A stretch of DNA of 64,000 nucleotides from Auanema rhodensis (lineage: Eukaryota > Animalia > Nematoda), in assembly GCA_964057225.1 (NCBI GenBank), contig OZ059895.1:17732001-17796000 (forward strand), read 5' to 3'. The translations under genes were made by a program, and so were the position numbers. Position 1 is the stretch's first letter, and every line of letters starts with the position of its first letter. The notes under the pieces are model-generated. The model did no database searches and was not told the origin of the DNA. It was given only the letters and a program-made list of their open reading frames with translations. Below, in pieces: positions 54,354 to 64,000 of this stretch.

Positions 54354-55414
54354 TTTACCTCATACGCGGTCCAGGTAACCCTGAAATCGAATAATAGAAG
54401 TGACTGAAATGATGTATCATACGAAATAAGAAATTCATGTTTCAATCATGATGACATTGAAGTTTGACACGGATATTAATTGAGTGATTCATGTATGGAT
54501 ATGTTGAAATTTAAACAAGGTAAGGTGGTGATCGATAGATCATGGTAATTCGATAGGAACAATGTTTACATTTTATGCTCTAACGCGAATCGTTATGTGG
54601 TAGTCGAGCTATTACTTCAGAATTTTATCCAGCTTTAAGGTTACCTACTCCTGAAGCAAGTGATTTTGCTAACTATAGATAAGTTAGAAACTTAATTTGA
54701 AGGCGAGAAATAGAATATAAACATGACAAAAGTGAAAACAAAGATATTCATATATGAGCTTGTATATTATTGAAAAATAAACAAAACATATTTTTAGATA
54801 AGAAAAGTAATTGAATTCACACTTTTGAGGAGGATCACCATTTGATAGAGGCGGAAGTCCGATATGAAAATAGGAAGAAACTGTTGATAAACTATAGTGG
54901 GTAACTACGTAGTTTTCGCAAAAACGTTGTGAGGATTGATGTTTGAGACGGTCTGCTCATAGGCAAATAAAATCATTGAGACAAGTTAACAAAAAACATA
55001 ATAGAATAATAAAAATATTGAAGATATACTACTTCTTGATTTTTCTTGAAGTCAATGGAGACAACGGTGTAGAATGACATATGTGTAAATGGCTATCGCA
55101 AAGGTTCTTTTTATCACTTGAACAGTGTCACATCAACAATGGTATATCATAAGATGTGAACTCTAACCATTTCTTTACTTAGCTCTTTACTCTTTTTTTG
55201 TTGTTAGATTTGAAGTATTCAATCATTTAAAATACGAGACCGTGAAAATTAAACTAAACTCTTGAAGGACTTAGCTGTGGAGCATACTATATACAGCTTG
55301 AAATATATATTTATATATACTATATAGCTTGATAAGAATTTATCTCTACTAGTGTAACCAATGTAGAGTATTTATTGATGTGAAAATAACGATAGATCCT
55401 ATATACTTTATAAA

Positions 55415-57320
55415 ATGAGGTAAATCTCTTACATTTTATCCCAAATGATTATACATTTCTATAGAATAACAAATCCATTAATTGCTATAGGATGTGGGCA
55501 ATTTGCATTAAGCTTAATGCAGGTTTAGTTTATTTATTTTTTGTCTAAATCAATTAATCTGTTAGGTTATGTTCATGTTCTACTATGTCAAAGTATACTT
55601 GAATGTTTTCCATGTTTCTCAAGCTTGGTTTAATATAGCCCAAGGCTTATTCATGGTATGGAATGCTATCAATGATCCGTTATTTGGTTATTTTCAAGTA
55701 TGTTTAGTTGCTTTATACGACATGAATTAAGATACAATTTTTAGGATTTACCTAATTCTTGGCTCAATAAGCGTACTTTTGTTATAAAATACTTTTCTCC
55801 ATTCCTTGCTGCTTCGTTCGTGTTTATGTGGGTACCATGGAATACGTCCGGTTCTTACTTAGAAGGGCTTCATCTCATTGCCGCCCTTTTTCTATATGAT
55901 GCTTTTTTCAGGTTTGTTACTTTTGAGCTTGTAATAATATATATTTCCTTTTTTAGTGGTGTATCAGTTGCATGGAGTGCATTCTTCGCAGATAGCACCA
56001 AAGAGCCTAGGCTCCGAGTTGCAGCAATGAAGTACAGTCAAATAAGTATTCTTTTATCTGTTAATATTATTGGTATTACGGAGAAACTTAGTCATAGCTT
56101 AGAGGTAATTTGTTCTCATTTCTGAGTATTCATTTAAAGTAACTTTATAGAATATTGAAGTATATCAATGGATTACAGTTTTGGTTGCAATAGCAGCGTT
56201 TTTATGCTTACAAATAGTTGGATCTTTAGAAGATAGTCTTCCTTACACTAAAGATAAAGATGATTCAGAATTATTATTAAAAGATGATTCAGATTCTTGT
56301 GAGTCTACTAAGTGAGTTGAATTGTTTTATATTATTGTGATGTTGTTCACTATTAAATTATAGCTCTTTATCTCATGCATGGTATCTAACAAAAAATATT
56401 GTGAATGATGAAAATTTTCTACTTATTATCACTGCAAATTTTTTGCATACGGCAAGGTTAGTCCTTTGTTTTGTTAGTTCTGATTATTGTTTTCTTTTCA
56501 AGGAGTGTTGCACATATGAATTTTGCTTCAACTGCAACTGAGATTCTTGTTTCTCAAACAGTACTACCTAAAGGCTCTCTTAGATTAAGTTGTTTTTATG
56601 GCGTTTTAACCATAGGTCCACAGGTATATTTGATTGTTTTTGTAAAAAAAATATCTCTGCCTTTTTGATGTTATTTTATGCAAAAACTGTTTTTAGATTC
56701 TCCTGATCGTAAACGAAAAGTTGATTATCAAATACGGAGCTGCCAATGTTCTAAAAGTATCTTATTTGGTTTCCGTTTTATCTAGTCTTTTATATGTATT
56801 TGGATCAAACTCTTACATGATTATGTTTTTCATGGTAATCGATAGGTGAATCAAAATATTTTGTTTATTTTCCATTCATCTAATTTCAGTGTAACTGTGC
56901 ACTCTGCTGCTCCTCTTTTTAATATTATAATTTCTGATTTTGTGGATGATGATAGTAAACGACATAGTAGAAAGTAAATGATAATCTATAGAAAGAAATA
57001 CCTTTTTTTTTTAGATCATCGTTGTCCTCTTTAATTTTTAGTTTAAATGCTTTGTTCGTAAAACCAGCTCAATCGTTAGCACCTGTTGCTATTGTATATT
57101 TTTTAAATTCTTTTGGATATGGGGTTCTTTTCTTTCATTTTCTTCGATCTAATTTATATTTCTAGGATTATACTTCAAATAAGCTTATATCTCCTGATTT
57201 GAACAATGGAATGCTTTATGTACTATTTGGTTTTCCACTTTTACTAGGAGGAATTCAATTAATATTCTTCAGAAATTACTCCTTAGGCAACCTGCATCAC
57301 AAAAAAACGGATCTTACTGA
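55415..57320 (+). CDS. MFS-type membrane protein, TMEM180/MFSD13A-like
   Basis: FMFYYVKVYL, LFMVWNAINDPLFGY, FMWVPW, LFLYDAFFS, ISDFVDDD, ALFVKPAQSLAP. A multi-exon open frame was reconstructed. Confidence 0.85.
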
Positions 57321-57378
57321 GTTATAAATAGTCAAATTGTGATATATCTTAATAACGGGAATATTTATTCGTGCATAT

Positions 57379-57480
57379 AATAAATATAATTAAAAGTTAT
57401 ACATGTTGGTTGAAATGCGTATCGAATTCTCTTTGTACCTTGACACTTTTTAGTGTTTTACTAATTTCTCTTTGTTCAAG
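57379..57480 (+). promoter_or_regulatory. Putative operon intercistronic region (AATAAA, then ~100 nt U-rich, then trans-splice acceptor)
   Basis: AATAAA at ~57379, a T-rich tract, then TTGTTCAAG directly before ATG 57481. Confidence 0.6.
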
Positions 57481-58896
57481 ATGTCATTGTCAATATTGTT
57501 AGCTGTAGATTCTATGAAAGCTGTGGTACCTTGTGCGCTCTTGTCTAGCTCAATGGTTCCTTTTGCTACAGTATCTTTAGGTATAGGATCTTTGTCGTGG
57601 GTACTCCCTAAGAAAATGTTTTTGGTAAGCCGTTTATCTATAAGAAATAAAAATATTCCTGAATTCAGGCTTTAGACAATACTTTATATAAAGCATACAT
57701 GAGGTTATGTCTTTTTGTATTTGAAAATATTTCTGGAGTACAGGTCAGCATTCCTTTCGTTGATGTAATTGAAGAAGATGCCGATTTAAGATAAAGTTGT
57801 ATGGAGATATTGAAGCAATACGTGAAACACCTGAGGCGGCTCTTGTGCTTTCTAATCATCAATCTAATGGTTTTTTATATCTAACTTGTGTTATGACAAC
57901 AAATATTTAGTTGATTGGGCAGTTATTATGATGCTTGCCGAGCGTCAAGGAAAAAATGGTTCTTCTGTAGGTTTCAGGGTTATGGTCAAAAATGCGATTC
58001 ATTATGTACCGCTATTCGGATGGTATATATTCCAAGTTTGTTTTCACTTTAGAGAAACCTTAATCATCTATTTAAGCATGGATACATCTATGTTCGGCGT
58101 TTTGGTAATTTTATTGGAACTCCGGTATTAAAACAATTAAAGTGGTTAAATAGTATCGATGAGAATTATTGGTTGCTAGTTTTTCCTGAAGGAACTCGGT
58201 ATACAAAAAAACATTCAAATAAAATATTAGAGAGTCAAAAATTTTGTGAAAAGATGGTAAGACTCTTGTATCCTCATCAGCATATTACTAGTTTTTGTTG
58301 TAGGGTAAAAAGAAACTCGAGAATGTTTTATGTCCAAGAGTAGGAGGAATTCATATGGCTTTACATCATCTGACCACTTTAAATGCTGTTTATGATGTTA
58401 CAATTGGTTATGGACAAACAAGGTAAATTGTTTTCTTGTTTGTATCAACTCATATGCTGTTTTAGAAATTCTGGTAAACAAGGATATGCTCCTGGAATGT
58501 TTGAATTTGTATGTGGATCACTTCATAATCGAACTTTATCAGTACATATTCGTCGATATTCTGTTGATGAAATCCCTATTGAGAAAGATGCGTTAAGACA
58601 ATGGATTATGGATTTGTATGCTAAGAAAGACCAGTAATTCAAAAATAACTCTTTTCATCACATTTTCGAATTTTTTTAGAATGATGACAGAATTCAATAA
58701 GACAGGAGAGTTTCCAGAAAAAGTTGAAGTTAACGAACCAGCTCTTCCAATTCAAAAAACGTTACCACCAACATTATTTTTCAGTGGAGCGTTAGCTGCA
58801 GCGTTTTATTTTCCATTAGTTAAAAAATCTTTCATGTACACACTAGCTACTTGTCCTCTTCTTATTATTTGGCTTAAACTTAGGAAATGCGTATAG
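57481..58896 (+). CDS. acl-11: 1-acylglycerol-3-phosphate acyltransferase (AGPAT5/acl family)
   Basis: Catalytic NHQS.VDW, VPLFGWY, YVRR, FPEGTR, LCPR, VYDVTIGY. The symbol comes from recalled similarity and is less certain than the family call. Confidence 0.85.
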
Positions 58897-59373
58897 AAAT
58901 TGTAATTTTGTATTAAATTCTCTTAGTTGTTCTAGCATATTAGAAATTTTTGTTGATGCAAATGTTGAAAATCTTTGGATATTTAGTTGTTGATACTGTT
59001 TGTTGTAGATAAACATAAAACTTAAAGCTTTAAATTATGATACTTATTGCTTGCTCTTTCGTTTATTCGGAACGTGTATTTAAAAACAAACGTTTATTCA
59101 AACAGAAATATTTCAAAAAACTTATTAAATATTACAATTAATATTAGAACCGGGATAATAATAACCATTCATATATTCCTTTTTTAAGGGTAAAAAAAGT
59201 TCTATAGCACATCTGCATGACAATTTCTAATAATAATATACTCCACTGATAACAGTACTTACGTTGAATCTGATAGTTCGAAAACCGTAGCAAACATGAT
59301 AGTAATAACATGGCAACATGGCAAAATTTAATAATTGTGAATGTTATACCGTAATACCCAAGCAAATTTAGTA

Positions 59374-62300
59374 TTAAAAGCGTCTGTTAATGTTGGGCAC
59401 CCACACAGGTTGCTCGGAGGAAGAAGTCTCAAACTCTATGGTAACAATAGCCTGGAATTGCCAAAAAATAATAAGGTAAACAAAAATGCTCACAACTTCA
59501 TCTCCAACGTTAAAGACATATAACTCAGTGAGTTCTTGTACTGCTAGTTCTTCAATTTCAATGTAGCGCAAAGGACGAGAACATTTCTGATTTCCTAAAC
59601 GATAGAAAAACTAAAGATAGAAAAAAACCCTGAAAAAACCAAGCCTACTTCTATCATGTAACTGTTGCTCTTCTTGTAAAATTTGATTAAAAGTGCCAGG
59701 TTGTTGTTGGCTAGTAGAAGGTAAGTTCCAAGCATGTTGCTGAAACATAATATCGTGAAAAATTATACATCTATAGAAAATACTTTATTATGTCCCCTAT
59801 GTGTTTGTGGAGAAGGTCTATTTTCTTCTTCACGTCGTTCCTGCGCTTGAATTTCAGAAAAAGAAGGAAAACTATCGACACTTAAACTTGACGTATTTGC
59901 CCTAAATGAACATCTTATCTGTAAAGTCCCAAACAAAATTATACCAAGGAGCGGCATGGGAGTGCTGCTCTTCGCCTAATAAATGATTCGCCTTTTTACC
60001 CTTTCCTATTGGTAATAATTTAGGTTTCTTTATTTTTGGTGTGGAACCTAAAATTTTAAAATATTAAAAAATTATATAAAATGCTTACCTTTTAAGGGAT
60101 TAACAGCATCTACTCTAGAAACAGGTAAGATAGATCGTTCTGTTCGAACAGTTGGATTAGTAACGGTATGAAGATCAAGAGTTTTTAAACTGTCGACTAC
60201 GTTTTCGGAATGATTTTGAATATCCGTTAAAAAATCAGTAGTTGATTCAATTTTCGTTGTACTAAAATCCATATCAGACTCAGATGTTTCAGAAATTTTA
60301 TGTTTTTTTCTACGACGAGATGCTGGCTTAGCGGCATTATCATATTTAGAATAAGAAGCAATCATAGCTTCTCTTAACTAAAAAAGTAAATTAATATATA
60401 TGTAAGATAAAGTAAAAGTGTACAAACTCTATTCATGCTATGAACCGTGTCGAAAGTAAAAAAAGGTGATCCAGAATTTCGGGAGAGAGCATTATCTTCG
60501 AAGTTCTTTAAATATTCGAGGGATTCCTATAAAATCTGTTCAACACTTTAAAGAATGGTGTGCTTACCTCAAGTTCATTTTTGAATGTTGGACTTTTGTT
60601 ACTGCCCAACAGAATGCTTCTTACAACCTTTTTAGAATATCCACAAAGAGGAGAAAACAATGTAGTTTCCTAAACTTAATAAGTTATAAAAATTAAATAT
60701 TTGAAACAAGTGTACAGAAAAGTTTGCATGAATAAGAAGGGGATTGTTCATAATGACTTTTTCCGGCGCATATGAGTGCATATGGATTTCCATTCTTAAA
60801 AAATTATAAGATTATAAGAATTATAAGATTTGAATAGAATCATACGCTTTCAGAAGTTCGATTGGAGCGGCTGCAGATGCTACCCATGAACATACTAAGT
60901 CTAATCTATCAACGAAAAGAGAAACTATGCGTTGTTTATAAGTAGGGAATTCAAAAAATAATACAAAAAGATTCATAACATCAAAATCAGTAGCTGAAAA
61001 AACAGGAATTCATTAGGAGAATAATAAACAAAGATTCACCTCTTCGAAACAATGCGTCCAAGCAATCTTCTAAGAATGTTTCAAAAAGATAATTATCAGC
61101 AAAATCCAAAAGAGCATAAATCTGAAAGAATACTTTACAATTTTATTCGTAATTATAGAGAACATACTTCTTCTGTGGGTATATCCAAAAGCAAATCTGG
61201 ATACTTTAAAATTTTGAGGAATTTTTGAACTGTATCCTTGGGATAATCAACTTTGAGCACACGTAAGTTATCCATGGTATAATGAAAAGCAAGTCCGAAA
61301 TAATTTGAATGTGCCTCTAAAAACTTCCTGAAAAAGAAGACATACAGTGACGGTAATATAAAAATCAGCAACTGATTAACTAGAATTTCAAATTCATCAG
61401 AAGTATGTAGCACACAGTCGGTTTCAGCCTCCCAATCATCCGTTTTTGACTTATATATTCTTGAAGAAAGATTAGAATATCAGCGGTAAAGTATTTTCAA
61501 ACCTAGTTAATCCAATAAACGTAGGCTCCAGGCATAAATCGAGACTTTCTATATGGATTTTTTCATCTTGATCATCTTCTGGAAAAATACCTATAAAAAA
61601 AAGGTAATTCAACATTACCAAATGACTGCTTTCCATCGCAACGTATTAATGATGTGTGAGATCGTCCTTTGATAAAATCAAACATAATTTGCCAAATCTT
61701 CTTCGGCAGTTGTAGAGCGTCTTTTACCTTGAAAAATTTAATTATACCTTATGTTTTGAATAGAAAGTTACTTCATTTAAATCTAGAATACCATTATGAA
61801 CAAATCGGAGTAAAGCAGGAATTCGATAACCAAGTGTCTCCGTTGTCACACAAAATGTCTTCATCTGGGGACCTTTAAGATAGCGAATCTGAGAAACCCT
61901 TATTATAACCATTAAAAAAATATATAATACTTCAATATCATGTTGAAGAGGTTCCAGTCCAGATTCTAATCTCCGATTATTCAAGCAATGTAACTGAAAC
62001 TACTGTATTTTCAGAGTGAACATAACAGGGTAAGTTACATTTAAACTTCTCCAAACAAGATGTTGGATAATGTTGTCAGAATGAATCTAAAATCATAATA
62101 TAAATTATGCAAAATATATTGAGCCTACAGGATTTCCTTCATATTTCCAAACAACATTATCTAAATCAGGCGATGCACAAAAGAAAGAGGCACCATAACT
62201 GTTTGGAATTTCCTGAATTATTGAATTTTATGGCTAACAGCTGAAAAAAAATAAAATAACCTCCAGATGAAAAACGTAAACTTTCTCACTAAGCTCTTGC

Positions 62301-64000
62301 TCTACTTTACTACGGAACCGATGGGTAAACTCACAATCAAACGCAGCCTTTTCAAAAACACTTATTTTTCCGCGATAAAGACAGGGCGTCTAAAAAAGGA
62401 GAGACCATAATTAAAAATAGATATCAGCTAAATATACTTGTGTTGTTGTTTTATTAGCCCATCGTAAACGGTAAGCATGTCCTAACAATATAATTTCTCC
62501 TGAAAATGACTAGATTCGAAGAACAAAATGCTATCAAACCTCCATCCTTGATTTCAAACTGAAAAATTCGAAGTCGAGCGAACATTCCATGAATTACAGC
62601 ATAACAATTGAAATTAAATCCACTAGCAAGTTGCATTTGCAATGGTTCATATACATTTTCAACGGAAGGACCCAGACTATCGTGCATATGAGCACGTGGA
62701 ATAAAAAATAAAAACTAAAATAAACTATTTTAAGACATAAATAAAAAGAAATTACTTCATAGCTCAAGTTGTCACTATATGAGATTGAAGCCATACGACA
62801 ATTAGATTGAATACCATGACTTTTGATAAATATATCATCCGCAAAACATGGATTCCTTCCACCAGAACTTGCTCGAGTCCTAAATATAAGGTTAAAAAAA
62901 TGATCGAAATGAAAAAGTACGCCTTACTTTGAAAACGTAGATCGCCTAAATCGTTTGGAGAGAAAGTATTCAGTAAATTCCAGGGGAAGTGTTTCCAAGT
63001 GAAATCTAGTAAAGCTTGTGAAAACCTTATCGCAGCAACTTCCATAGAGAAAAACGAATTCATTCGCATAAATACATATACATGCTTCACCAGCGATAAT
63101 CTGAGAATCAATTCAGAATTAGTAGCCGAAAAACTTAAAAGTAGAAACCACAGGATTGCAGGGGTCTTCATTTTTCAAAATGTTAAATCGATGCACACTT
63201 TTAGTGGTTGAAGCATTGGAATCAAAGTGTTGCAAATTACCACAAATAAAAACCTGAAACAAAAACTGAAAAAGAACAAAAGTAGAAATACTTACGGACT
63301 GGTGCGTAACGAAAACGGAAAAATGCTCTAATGCAACAAGATCAATTATCTTTCTTTTCTACAAAGATACAATAATGAAACTGTACAGATATAGATGTAC
63401 AAATTACTTCAGGGTTCGGGAATTTAATCAATGTTGGAGTGACAACAATTTGAGAAGAGCTGTACCCTAATTGGCCCTGAGCAGTTGATCCACACCCGTA
63501 AGCTTCACCCTCCTTATTGAGAAACAAGGAGTACTTATTAGCCATCGACATTTTCATAATCCAAAAGAGCCAAATTAAATGAAATAAATTTCAAAATACA
63601 CACTTCACCTGTATTGAAGTTCATTGTTTTAGGCTTTGTTGTTACTGCATCTGAGGGTATGCCCAAATTATAAAACTTATTGCCACCATATCCTACTAGA
63701 CGAAAGCCATATCCTAAAATAATATTTAAAAAAATATAATATTAGACAGACACCTCTCAAAAACTTTTTATACATAAATGTATTTTCAAGTATGAAATGC
63801 CGAGGGAATGTATCATCAATGGTTTGAAATCGAGTACAAAAAAGTGTAAGAATGGCAAAGGACTTTGAAGTTCTTAACTAAAAAATAAAAACTTTACATA
63901 CAAATAGAGAATAAACTCACTCTCTCAATAAATATCACTTTGAAAATGTTTGGATTCTTCCTATAACAATCAGCAACAGCATCAAGTGCGTCGAGAAACA
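59374..64000 (-). CDS. IBTK-like protein (RCC1 repeats + BTB domains), 5' end outside the window
   Basis: RCC1-like GYGGNKFYNLG and SLFLNKEGEAYGCGSTAQGQLG; BTB-like DCVLHTSDEFEILVNQKFLEAHSNYF; C-terminal SFSEIQAQE and IEIEELAVQELTELY resemble the IBTK tail. Confidence 0.75.

Overview
Eukaryotic, AT-rich, intron-dense DNA from a clade V (rhabditid) nematode. The evidence is C. elegans-like src-1, dpy-5, cuticle collagens and srx chemoreceptors, with most introns about 40-60 nt. The ORF track is mostly exon fragments and antisense shadows, so I rebuilt gene models by hand from GT..AG junctions. Left to right: a solitary tRNA-Thr(AGT); three srx-family GPCR genes with a decayed Merlin (IS1595-like) transposase between the second and third; five tandem tRNA-Thr(AGT) genes; two paralogous collagens; a large secreted Pro/Cys-rich protein whose C-terminal part is a chain of about 10 RxKR sites separating tiny CxxC peptides; mitochondrial FAD glycerol-3-phosphate dehydrogenase; src-1; a 3.1 kb palindrome with a collagen plus tRNA-Val(AAC) on each arm; a non-RD TKL-like kinase; a CEP97-like LRR protein; dpy-5; an SLC26 transporter; a HAF-type half ABC transporter; a probable MFSD13A/TMEM180 + AGPAT operon; and the 3' part of an IBTK-like gene. 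The best leads are the CxxC-peptide polyprotein, patchy gene conversion between GPCR paralogs centred on the cytoplasmic loops, the tRNA-capped collagen palindrome, and frequent non-TTTCAG (AAG/GAG) splice acceptors. Orthology calls come from recalled sequences, not database searches.
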